From: Planctomycetota bacterium
Lineage (GTDB): Bacteria; Planctomycetota; B15-G4; JADJEK01
NCBI GenBank assembly: GCA_044225365.1
Contig: JBGAIQ010000097.1
Location: 1-10,133, forward strand
Direction: 5' to 3'
DNA length: 10,133 bases
In this document: positions 1-7,282 of the stretch, piece by piece
Layout of the letters: each line of letters starts with the position of its first letter
How positions within the stretch are numbered: the stretch's first letter is position 1
Program-made: the position numbers and the translations under genes
Notes under the pieces: generated by a model
What the model saw: only the letters and a program-made list of their open reading frames with translations
Told to the model about the DNA's origin: nothing
Databases searched by the model: none

Positions 1-218
1 ATCCGCCGCAGCAGCTCGAGGCCGTCCATCTTCGGCATGCGCTGATCGGAGAGCACGAGGTCGAAGCCGCCGCCTTCGATTCGCTCGATCGCTTCCTCGC
101 CGTTCGAGGCCACATCGACCTCGTAGCCTGCACGCTCGAGAATGCTCTTCAGCATCTCGCGCTGCGTTTCCTCGTCGTCCACGACCAGGAGTCGCTTCAC
201 CTTGTCCCTGACTGTCAT
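1..218 (-). CDS. Response regulator, N-terminal receiver domain (partial, runs off the window start); probably NtrC/AtoC-type
   Basis: Not in the ORF track; translated manually from ATG 218 (alternative GTG 227 after GAGGAG): MTVRDKVKRLLVVDDEETQREMLKSILERAGYEVDVASNGEEAIERIEGGGFDLVLSDQRMPKMDGLELLRR. Has the LVVDDE acidic pocket and the D-x-x-M-P-x-M-D-G phosphoacceptor motif. Lies directly downstream of the kinase. The output domain is outside the window. Confidence 0.93.
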   Translation of the reverse strand, partial: MTVRDKVKRLLVVDDEETQREMLKSILERAGYEVDVASNGEEAIERIEGGGFDLVLSDQRMPKMDGLELLRR

Positions 219-249
219 CGGCTCCACGTCACTCCTCGTCGCGATTCGC

Positions 250-1824
250 TCACGCCGGAGAACCGCCGGCCGGCAATTCCAAGCGTACCTGCGTGCCCTT
301 GCCTTCGACACTGTCGATCGTCACGCGGCCGCCATGCTCTTCGACGATCGTGTGATGCACCATCGCGAGACCGAGGCCGTGACCGCCCTCGCGCGAGGTG
401 AAGCCGAAGTCGAAGACCCGCTCCCGATCGTCCAGTTTGATGCCGCGACCCGTGTCGGACACCTCGACGCACTGTGTGCCCTCGTTCGCCGTGACGCGGA
501 GCGCGACGCGGCCGCCCGGCGGCGTCGCCTCGAAGGCGTTGAGCACGAGATTGAGGATCGCCGAGCGCAGGGACGCCGCCGATGCTTCGATCGGCTCGAG
601 CGTGGGCTCGGCATCGACGACGACGATGATCTCGCGCCGCTCTGCTTCCTTCGCGACGAGCTGCGCCGTCTCGCGCACGAGATCGGACAGCCGAACGGAC
701 TGCTTCACCGCCGCCTCGTTGTGCGCAAACGCGAGGAAATTGGCGACGAGACCATCGAGCCGCTTGATCTCGCGGCGGATGAGCCCGACCGCTCGATCGA
801 AGAGTCCTTGCCGTTCCTCGCTCTCCGGCCGACACGCCTCCTCGATGTTCTGCAACGTGAGCCCGATCGAATGCAGCGGATTGCGAACGTCGTGCGCGAC
901 GCCGGCCGCGAGGCGACCGAGCGCGGAGAGCTTCTCGCGGCGGATCAGCTCACGTTCACGATCACGATTCGCGCGCATCTCGGTGACCATCGTGTTGAAC
1001 GCGATGGCGACGCGCTCCAGTTCGGCGCCGCCGGACGGTGTCACGGCGACGTCGAGATGACCGCCCGTCACTTGTTGGAGCGCGCCGTCGAGGTTGCGAA
1101 TCGGGCGCGTGAAGCGACGCGCGAGCGCAGCGAACAAGGCAAGGCCCACGACGAAGACGCCGATGAACAGCCAGATCATTCGTTCGCGAATCGCATCGAA
1201 GACGCGCGCATATTCGGCGACGGGAACGGTGAAGAACAACTCGTTGCGCACGGCGGAAGGAACGGTGGTGCCGCTCACATCGGTCGCGGAGACCGGCGCG
1301 ACACCGCGCGCCCTCTCGGCCGATGAAACCGCCGGCGCGTCCGGAAGACGCGAAGGATTCCCGTCGACGTCCGCGGCATACGCGGACTCCGCCATGAGGA
1401 TCGTCACGCGCATCTCCACCTCGTCGCCGCCGAGATTCGTCCGCGGAGTATCGTGAGCGATGAGGAAGCGAGCTCCCGAGATTCGCATCCGCGGATTCGG
1501 CAGCACTGGGCTTGCCCACATCCCTTCGCGCAGCAGATCCTCGACGCGCCGTTGGTCGTCGAATGGGACCGCGGGAACCGCCGTCGTCCGGCCCCGGCTG
1601 CCCTGCGGACCGTTCTTCGCGTCCGCACCCGGATCGAGAGCCGTCGGAATCGCCTGCCCGGCCTCTCCGCGGAGCACGGCGTGGAGGGTCTGCTCACCGA
1701 CCCGGCCCACCGTCTTCTGAACCTCTTCGAGGACCGCCGTCCGCGAGTGATTGAGGAGCAGGCTGAAGGCGAGGAGGGACAGGAAGAGCACGATGCTCAT
1801 CAAGCCAACGAGTCGCGCGGTCAT
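250..1824 (-). CDS. Membrane-bound sensor histidine kinase (TM - extracytoplasmic region - TM - HAMP - HisKA - HATPase_c), NtrB/AtoS/ZraS-like
   Basis: H-box GVAHDVRNPL, N-box NLVLNAFEA, G1 SDTGRGI, F-box VFDFGFTSR, G2 GHGLGLAMVH, HAMP after TM2 (FTRPIRNLDGALQQVTGGHLD). Start placed at ATG 1824 (MTARLVGLMSIVLFLSLL), which has GAGG 9 nt upstream and lies downstream of the sigma54 motif, rather than at the track start 1953. Confidence 0.95.
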   Translation of the reverse strand: MTARLVGLMSIVLFLSLLAFSLLLNHSRTAVLEEVQKTVGRVGEQTLHAVLRGEAGQAIPTALDPGADAKNGPQGSRGRTTAVPAVPFDDQRRVEDLLREGMWASPVLPNPRMRISGARFLIAHDTPRTNLGGDEVEMRVTILMAESAYAADVDGNPSRLPDAPAVSSAERARGVAPVSATDVSGTTVPSAVRNELFFTVPVAEYARVFDAIRERMIWLFIGVFVVGLALFAALARRFTRPIRNLDGALQQVTGGHLDVAVTPSGGAELERVAIAFNTMVTEMRANRDRERELIRREKLSALGRLAAGVAHDVRNPLHSIGLTLQNIEEACRPESEERQGLFDRAVGLIRREIKRLDGLVANFLAFAHNEAAVKQSVRLSDLVRETAQLVAKEAERREIIVVVDAEPTLEPIEASAASLRSAILNLVLNAFEATPPGGRVALRVTANEGTQCVEVSDTGRGIKLDDRERVFDFGFTSREGGHGLGLAMVHHTIVEEHGGRVTIDSVEGKGTQVRLELPAGGSPA

Positions 1825-1899
1825 GGGGTCGAACCTCGCCGTTCGGCCGTGAGGCCATGGGACGAAGGGATGATGGGAACCAGAGAATTGTGACGTCTT

Positions 1900-1915
1900 T
1901 GCATCCAGCGTGCCG
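1900..1915 (-). promoter_or_regulatory. Putative sigma54 (-24/-12) promoter for the kinase/regulator operon
   Basis: Minus strand reads CGGCACGCTGGATGCA versus consensus TGGCACG-N4-TTGCW. The GG-N10-GC spacing is exact, and the motif is about 75 nt upstream of ATG 1824. Confidence 0.65.
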
Positions 1916-1960
1916 TGACAAGGCTCCGCGGATTGCGCGGGATGCGCTCGCATTTCACAC

Positions 1961-1988
1961 TCAAGCGGCGGCCGCTCGGTTCCGAAAG
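1961..1988 (+). promoter_or_regulatory. Possible sigma28 (FliA/SigD)-like promoter
   Basis: TCAA(G) at 1961 and TCCGAAAG at 1981-1988, versus consensus TAAA-N15/16-GCCGATAA. Spacer is 16 nt; the motif ends 55 nt upstream of ATG 2044. Confidence 0.35.
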
Positions 1989-2043
1989 GCGGAGGAGATG
2001 GATGGAAGGGCGGCCCTGCCCGGGGCTTCCTGGAGGCGTCACC

Positions 2044-2364
2044 ATGGCTCTCTCAAGCCTGGACGCAGTGAGTCCGACATTGCCCGACCGTAGACTCGAG
2101 CCCCCGGAGCGTCCGGCGCCCGAACCGAAGGTCGAAACGCCGATTACGGCCCAGCCGGAGCAGGGCGACAGCGTCGATCGACGCGCCCGCGCCCCGACCC
2201 CGTCGGCGCGTTCGGAGGCGACCGACCGCGACCCGCGAGACGAAGCCGCCTTGCGCGATCGACTCGAGGACCAGGCGGTCCAGATCGCGCGATCCGAGGC
2301 GGGATACGAACGAATTCGCGACGCCGAGAAGCCGCAGGACGCACGGAAGTCCTTCACCGAGTAG
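2044..2364 (+). CDS. Small hypothetical protein (106 aa), Pro/Glu/Arg-rich and probably disordered, with a charged helical C-terminal part
   Basis: GGAGG at 2032-2036, 7 nt before ATG 2044 (an in-frame ATG at 2002 is an alternative). Fills the gap between the kinase promoter and the convergent lipoprotein gene. Sequence MALSSLDAVSPTLPDRRLEPPERPAPEPK...RKSFTE. Confidence 0.6.
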   Translation: MALSSLDAVSPTLPDRRLEPPERPAPEPKVETPITAQPEQGDSVDRRARAPTPSARSEATDRDPRDEAALRDRLEDQAVQIARSEAGYERIRDAEKPQDARKSFTE

Positions 2365-2392
2365 CAGCACGAGTCGAGGCGGCGCGCCCCCG

Positions 2393-2435
2393 CCCCATAT
2401 CGGGTAATGGCGCGCGCCCTGCGCCCGATATGGGG
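2393..2435. repeat. Perfect 12-bp inverted repeat (hairpin) between convergent genes; terminator-like or REP-like
   Basis: CCCCATATCGGG (2393-2404) and CCCGATATGGGG (2424-2435). The 19-nt interior contains the palindrome GGCGCGCGCC (2409-2418). No U-tract on either side. Confidence 0.7.
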
Positions 2436-2476
2436 AGCGCTCTCGGCACCCACCCGGGTTGCCCGGTTGCGCTCGT

Positions 2477-3073
2477 TCAGCGAGCCGGCGGTGTCGTCGG
2501 ATCGACGATCCAGTCGCAGGCGGAGTCGATCACGTGGCGCGCCGCGATTCCGATCGCGCGCGCAAGCGTCTCCGGCGCGTCGTCCGCGAGCGCTTCGGAC
2601 GCGGAGAATCGGCGCACGGAGTTACCGTGCTTGCCGCTGCGCGTCACTTCCACCGTGACGATCGCGCGCAGGGACGGCGAGTGGGCTTGCTCGAAGGCGA
2701 GCAACTCCACTTCGATCTCGTCCCCGCCGATGCCGGCTTGCACTCCGCGCGTCTCGAACAGCTCGCAAAGGATCTCGCGTTCCACGATCCGCGCCGGAGA
2801 CTCGATCCACCGCATCTCGTCGTAGTGGCCGTACTCGATGTCGTCCTTCTGCCACTCGATGAGCTCGGTGAGATGCGAGGCGGCGTAGATGCGGCGAATC
2901 GAGATCGGCGTCGTCGTAGCGGCGCGAGTGGCCGTCGAGGGCGGCACGACCGGACGGAAGAGTCGCAGGAAGTGATCCTCGCTCGAGCCGCCGAGGCATC
3001 CAGAGAGAGTGGGAAGCAGGAGCAGCGTTCCGAGCGCGAGACCACGGGTCGCTGCGTTGCGATCGAACGTCAT
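2477..3073 (-). CDS. ABC-type transport auxiliary lipoprotein (PqiC / ABC_trans_aux-like), 198 aa
   Basis: Starts at ATG 3073, overlapping the ATPase stop as ATGA. Signal peptide with lipobox LSG-C (MTFDRNAATRGLALGTLLLLPTLSGC). Family-type motif YGHYDEMRWIESPARIV. The upstream part of track ORF 2477..3718 is an off-frame shadow of the ATPase. Confidence 0.8.
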   Translation of the reverse strand: MTFDRNAATRGLALGTLLLLPTLSGCLGGSSEDHFLRLFRPVVPPSTATRAATTTPISIRRIYAASHLTELIEWQKDDIEYGHYDEMRWIESPARIVEREILCELFETRGVQAGIGGDEIEVELLAFEQAHSPSLRAIVTVEVTRSGKHGNSVRRFSASEALADDAPETLARAIGIAARHVIDSACDWIVDPTTPPAR

Positions 3074-3849
3074 CGTTGTACTCCGTGCCCAAAGTCGCGA
3101 GCGAAGAAGCTCTTCACCCGCGGGTCCTTCGCCTCGTCGCGCATGAATCGCGGTGAACTCGCGGCGATGATGCTCTTCGAGTCGCGATCGAGCAGGATGC
3201 CGCGATGTCCGACGCGCAGGATGCTCTGCAGATCGTGCGACACGAGTACCACAGCGCGGTCGAGGTCGTCCGCGAGCGCCAGCATCAGGTCGTCGAGTTC
3301 GCTCGCGCTGATGGGATCGAGCCCCGCCGAGGGTTCGTCGAGGAAGATCATCGGCGCATCGAGCGCGAGCGCGCGGGCGATGCCGGCGCGTTTCTTCATG
3401 CCTCCCGAGATCTCGCTCGGCAGGAAGCGCTCGAAGCCCGAGAGTCCGACGAGCGCGAGCTTCGCGGCGGCGACGTCCTCGATCGAGCGGGCATCGAGCG
3501 CCGTCCACTGACGAAGCGGCAGCGCGACGTTTTCGACGAGATCGAGCGAGCCGAACAGCGCACCCGACTGGAACATCACGCCGAACGGCGGCGCGAGCCC
3601 GCGCCCGCTGCTCGTGCTCGCATCGAACGCGCGCTCGATCTCCGGGGCGAGTCCGATCTTGCCACGCAGCGGAGGCTGTAAGCCGATGAGCGTTCGCAGC
3701 AGGGTCGACTTTCCGCAACCGGATCCACCCATGATCGCGAAGACTTCGCCGCGCCGCAGCTCGAACGAGAGATGCTCGAGCAATACACGATCGCCGTAGC
3801 CGACCGTGAGATCCTCGATCGTCATCATCGTCTTGGGATCAGATGTCAT
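3070..3849 (-). CDS. mlaF: ABC transporter ATP-binding protein, MlaF/Ttg2A/Mkl family
   Basis: Walker A GGSGCGKST, Q-loop GVMFQSGALFGSL (typical of MlaF), signature ISGGMKKRAGIARALALD, Walker B FLDEPSAGLDP, H-loop VSHD. Overlaps the permease stop by 11 nt. Confidence 0.93.
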   Translation of the reverse strand: MTSDPKTMMTIEDLTVGYGDRVLLEHLSFELRRGEVFAIMGGSGCGKSTLLRTLIGLQPPLRGKIGLAPEIERAFDASTSSGRGLAPPFGVMFQSGALFGSLDLVENVALPLRQWTALDARSIEDVAAAKLALVGLSGFERFLPSEISGGMKKRAGIARALALDAPMIFLDEPSAGLDPISASELDDLMLALADDLDRAVVLVSHDLQSILRVGHRGILLDRDSKSIIAASSPRFMRDEAKDPRVKSFFARDFGHGVQR

Positions 3850-4984
3850 AGAGATTGAAGATCACGGTGAAGAAGCTCTCGAGGACGACGATCTGGAAGA
3901 TGATCTGGACGACCGATTTGGTCGTCGAACGGCCGACGCCTTCGGCCCCGCCTTCGGTCGAGAGTCCTCGGTAGCACGCGATGAGCACGATCGCGAACGC
4001 GAACGACATGCACTTCGTGATGCCGGACCCGACGTGTCGCAGCGAGAGGATCTCGTGCGTGCGGTCCATGTAGACGACCGCCGTGAGCCCGAACGACGTG
4101 ATGCCGACGAACATGCCGCCGATCATCGCTGCAACCTCGCCCGCGAGCGTGAGCAGCGGGAGCGAGAGGATCATCGCCAGCGTTCGCGGCAGGACGAGGA
4201 ATCGCATCGGCTCGAGCCCGAGCACGCGCAGCGCGTCGATCTCCTCGCTCACCTTCATCGTTCCTAGTTCGGCGGCGATCCCGGCGCCGGAACGACCCGC
4301 GACGATGATGCCCGTCATCAGCGGTCCTAGGGAGCGCACGACCGCGATCGCCACCATGTCGGCGACGAAGATGTTGGCGCCGAACTGTTTCAGCTGGATC
4401 GCGCCCATGTAGGCGATCGTCATGCCGACGAGGAAGTTGATCGTGAGCACGATCGGCAACGCGTCGGCGCCGATCTGCGCGATGAGCCGCGGGACGTCGC
4501 GCCAGTTGAGTCGCAACGGATGCACGATCGTCGACAGCCCCGCGATCGACAACTCGCCCACGTAGTCGAACGCACCGCGCCAACCCTGCAGCCACGAGAC
4601 GATCGCCTTCCCGAGCGTCGTGATCGGCGCCCTGGTCCACGCGACCTCCTGGCCCTTCTGATCGATCCGGACGGGACGCGCGCCGTGCATCGCGAGCATT
4701 CGCGCCGCGGTCGCGTTGGCGCCGGTCACTTCGACATTGCGTCCGCCGCCTCGTAGCTTGCGTTGCATCGCGAGCAGGAGCGAGAGCATTCCGTCGTCGA
4801 GATCCGCGCTCGCGAGGTCGATGACCAGCGTCGACGGCGCATCTCGGAGGGAGTCTTCGATCTTCTGCCGCATCGCGACGAACGCCGCAGAATGACGTAC
4901 GAGATCGATCCGGCCAAGGGGCCGCAGTACGAGCCGCCCGTCGCCGTTCTCGAGTTCGAAAGGATCCTGGTCGTCGCCGGCCAT
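3839..4984 (-). CDS. mlaE: MlaE-family ABC lipid transporter permease with an N-terminal STAS (MlaB-like) domain
   Basis: MlaE motifs LGPLMTGIIVAGRSGAGIAAELGTMKVSEEIDALRVLGLEPMRFLVLPR and GGAEGVGRSTTKSVV. STAS-like N-terminus (LVIDLASADLDDGMLSLLLAMQRKLRGGGRNVEVTGA). Start placed at ATG 4984 (MAGDDQDPF); exact start uncertain. Confidence 0.93.
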   Translation of the reverse strand: MAGDDQDPFELENGDGRLVLRPLGRIDLVRHSAAFVAMRQKIEDSLRDAPSTLVIDLASADLDDGMLSLLLAMQRKLRGGGRNVEVTGANATAARMLAMHGARPVRIDQKGQEVAWTRAPITTLGKAIVSWLQGWRGAFDYVGELSIAGLSTIVHPLRLNWRDVPRLIAQIGADALPIVLTINFLVGMTIAYMGAIQLKQFGANIFVADMVAIAVVRSLGPLMTGIIVAGRSGAGIAAELGTMKVSEEIDALRVLGLEPMRFLVLPRTLAMILSLPLLTLAGEVAAMIGGMFVGITSFGLTAVVYMDRTHEILSLRHVGSGITKCMSFAFAIVLIACYRGLSTEGGAEGVGRSTTKSVVQIIFQIVVLESFFTVIFNLYDI

Positions 4985-4996
4985 CGGCACCGCTCG

Positions 4997-5025
4997 TTGC
5001 CCTTGGTCGTTCGCTGTCTTACTCT
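4997..5025 (+). promoter_or_regulatory. Putative sigma70-type promoter for the MBOAT gene
   Basis: TTGCCC (4997-5002), 17-nt spacer, TACTCT (5020-5025), inside the 97-bp divergent intergenic region. Confidence 0.4.
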
Positions 5026-5081
5026 TTTCGCCGTCGCGATCCAATCGGCGCCGCGGGCGGCGAGGCAAATCAAGGAACGGC

Positions 5082-6545
5082 TTGCTCTTCCAGACTCCGA
5101 TCTTCTTCTTCTTCCTCGCGCTCTTGCTTCCGGCCTACGCGGTCGCGCGAGGCGATCGGCCGCGTCAGATCGTCCTCCTCGTCTTCAGCTACTGGTTCTA
5201 CGCGCACTGGAACTGGCGCTACCTCTCGCTGCTCCTCACGTCGTCGACGATCGACTGGTTCGCGGCGCGGATGATCTTCGCGCGCGACGACTCACCGCGC
5301 ACTCGGAGGCTTTACCTCTGCGTCAGCATGACGCTCAATCTCGGGCTGCTCGCGGTGTTCAAGTACGGGCGGTTCTTCCTGCGGAGCTTGGCGCTCGATC
5401 CGTTCCTGCAGCGTCACTTCGGATTCGACAGCTCGGCGCTGCCCTCCGAGATCCCGCCCGGCATCTCGTTCTACACGTTCCAGACGATGAGCTACACGAT
5501 CGACGTCTTCCTGCGGCGGAGCAAGCCGGAGAAGGACATCCTCGACTACGCGCTCTACGTCAGCTTCTTCCCGCAGCTCGTCGCCGGCCCGATCATGCGG
5601 GCGCACGAGTTCCTGCCGCAGACGCATCCGATGCAACCGCTGCGCGCCGAAGCGCTGGCGCGAGGACTCCAACGCTTCACGCTCGGGATGTTCAAGAAGA
5701 TCGTGTTCGCCGACAACGTCGGCATGTTCGTGAACGCGGTCTTCCTCACGCCTGGGCGCGAGGACGCCGTGCATCTCTGGGCGGCCGCCTACGGTTTCGC
5801 ATTGCTCATCTACTGCGACTTCTCGGCCTACACGGACATGGCGATCGGCATCGCGCAGGTGTTCGGATTCAAGTTGCCGGAGAACTTCGAGGCGCCGTAC
5901 CTGTCGCACTCGATCACGGAGTTCTGGCGGCGCTGGCACATGACGTTGTCACGCTGGCTGCGCGATTACCTCTACATCCCACTCGGGGGAAATCACGGCG
6001 GAAGCGCGAAGACGTATCGCAATCTGCTGCTGACGATGCTGCTCGGCGGACTCTGGCACGGCGCGAACTGGACCTTCGTGCTGTGGGGCGCTTGGCACGG
6101 CATCGTTCTCGCGATCGAACGAATGCTCGGCGTGCGCGCCGATGAGCGAGCGACGGAGAGCTCGGCGTGGATTCGATTCATCCGCGTCGTCGTCACGTTT
6201 CATCTCGTCGTGCTCGCCTGGGTGGCCTTCCGCTCCCCGAGCATCGACGCGACCTGGGACTACGTGACGCGCATGTTCACGCAGTGGGATCTCGCGCAGG
6301 TTCGCGAGTTCGGGCATCAACTCGTGACCGGCTGGGCGCCGTCGGGGCCGTCGGCCGCGGCGTTCTGGGTGAAGGCGCTGATCCTGCTCACGCTCGGCCA
6401 ATGGCTCGAGCGTCGATTCGACCTGCGTCGCACCTTGTGGGATCGCCTGCCCTGGTTCGCTCAGTCCGTCGCCCTCGCCGCCGCCTGGCTCGTCATCGCG
6501 GTTTCGTTCGTCGACGAAGTGAAGTTCATCTACTTCCAGTTCTGA
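5082..6545 (+). CDS. algI: MBOAT family O-acyltransferase, AlgI/PatA/DltB-like
   Basis: TTG start with AAGGAA upstream. Motifs PPGISFYTFQTMSYTIDV, YVSFFPQLVAGPIMR, IYCDFSAYTDMAIG, NFEAPYLSHSITEFWRRWHMTLSRWLRDYLYIPLGG, catalytic GLWHGANWTF and C-terminal FIYFQF. The symbol is family-level only; the substrate is unknown. Confidence 0.93.
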   Translation: MLFQTPIFFFFLALLLPAYAVARGDRPRQIVLLVFSYWFYAHWNWRYLSLLLTSSTIDWFAARMIFARDDSPRTRRLYLCVSMTLNLGLLAVFKYGRFFLRSLALDPFLQRHFGFDSSALPSEIPPGISFYTFQTMSYTIDVFLRRSKPEKDILDYALYVSFFPQLVAGPIMRAHEFLPQTHPMQPLRAEALARGLQRFTLGMFKKIVFADNVGMFVNAVFLTPGREDAVHLWAAAYGFALLIYCDFSAYTDMAIGIAQVFGFKLPENFEAPYLSHSITEFWRRWHMTLSRWLRDYLYIPLGGNHGGSAKTYRNLLLTMLLGGLWHGANWTFVLWGAWHGIVLAIERMLGVRADERATESSAWIRFIRVVVTFHLVVLAWVAFRSPSIDATWDYVTRMFTQWDLAQVREFGHQLVTGWAPSGPSAAAFWVKALILLTLGQWLERRFDLRRTLWDRLPWFAQSVALAAAWLVIAVSFVDEVKFIYFQF

Positions 6546-6552
6546 CCAAAAC

Positions 6553-6722
6553 GGCGGTCACGGCTGCGATCCGCCGCCGCCGGTCTTGGCGGTCACGGCT
6601 GCGATCCGCCGCCGCCGGTCTTGGCGGTCACGGCTGCGATCCGCCGCCGTCGGTCTTGGCGGTCACGGCTGCGATCCGCCGCCGCCGGTCTTGGCGGTCA
6701 CAGCTGCGATCCGCCGCCGCCG
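6553..6722. repeat. Tandem array of a 35-bp GC-rich, internally palindromic unit, about 4.9 copies, no spacers
   Basis: Unit GGCGGTCACGGCTGCGATCCGCCGCCGCCGGTCTT begins at 6553, 6588, 6623, 6658 and 6693 (last copy is 30 nt). Only two substitutions: C>T at 6650 and G>A at 6702. Confidence 0.97.
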
Positions 6723-6724
6723 AA

Positions 6725-7282
6725 TCAGGTGGGCCCGGGAACTTCCTCGATCCACTCGGTGGAGGTTTGCAGGTCGCGCGCGGCGCCGCTCGTGGCGGTT
6801 CGGACGACGTAGAGATACGTGCCGAGCGCACAAGCCAGGAGCGGGAGGGCGATCGCGCAGGCGTCGGCGTGATTCGACCGGCAAAGAAGCCACGCGGCCG
6901 GCCCCAGGATCTGCAGGAACAAGAGAAGGACGCTCGACACCCACACGATCGCAGTCGGGGAGACGGACGGCGGCGCATCGAGCCGCAAACCGACGTCGCT
7001 CGCGAGGCGCGCATCCAAGAGAGTGGACACCCGGGAGAGCGCTCGCACCCGCGCGATGCACGACGCCTGGAACGCGTGAATGACGAGGCCGGAGAGCAGC
7101 AACAGGATGACACCGAAGATCACGACATCGATCTGCTTCGCGACGACGACGACGTATCCGAAAACGGCGCCGAAGATCCACTGCGTCAGCGCGCTCCACG
7201 CGATCGCGCTCGCGTGCCGACCGAGCTGGCGGTGGACGTGACCATGGAATTCCATCCACTTCGACTTGGATTCAGGCTCCAT
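6725..7282 (-). CDS. Hypothetical integral membrane protein, about 4 TM helices, 185 aa
   Basis: ATG 7282 with GGGAG upstream, overlapping the stop of the upstream gene by 11 nt. Two pairs of hydrophobic segments (AIAWSALTQWIFGAVFGYVVVVA / VVIFGVILLLLSGLVIHAF and AIVWVSSVLLLFLQILGPAAWLL / AIALPLLACALGTYLYVV). Confidence 0.75.
   Translation of the reverse strand: MEPESKSKWMEFHGHVHRQLGRHASAIAWSALTQWIFGAVFGYVVVVAKQIDVVIFGVILLLLSGLVIHAFQASCIARVRALSRVSTLLDARLASDVGLRLDAPPSVSPTAIVWVSSVLLLFLQILGPAAWLLCRSNHADACAIALPLLACALGTYLYVVRTATSGAARDLQTSTEWIEEVPGPT

Noticed and set aside
142-1326. 394-aa plus-strand ORF
   Set aside because: Antisense shadow of the histidine kinase, expected in GC-rich DNA; no recognisable motifs.
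1825-1953. Longer N-terminus of the kinase from the track start at 1953
   Set aside because: The extension is not protein-like, spans the sigma54 motif, and ATG 1824 has a Shine-Dalgarno-like GAGG and leads directly into TM1.
3074-3718. N-terminal extension of the lipoprotein ORF as a hidden MCE/MlaD domain
   Set aside because: Arg/Ala-rich off-frame translation lying entirely within mlaF, with no TM anchor or MCE motif. The lipoprotein signal peptide starts at 3073.
4985-5000. Sigma54-like CGGCACCGCTCGTTGC upstream of the MBOAT gene
   Set aside because: GG-to-GC spacing is 11 nt rather than the strictly required 10.
6553-6722. CRISPR array (35-bp palindromic repeats)
   Set aside because: Copies are head to tail with no unique spacers, there is no AT-rich leader, and no cas genes are in the window.
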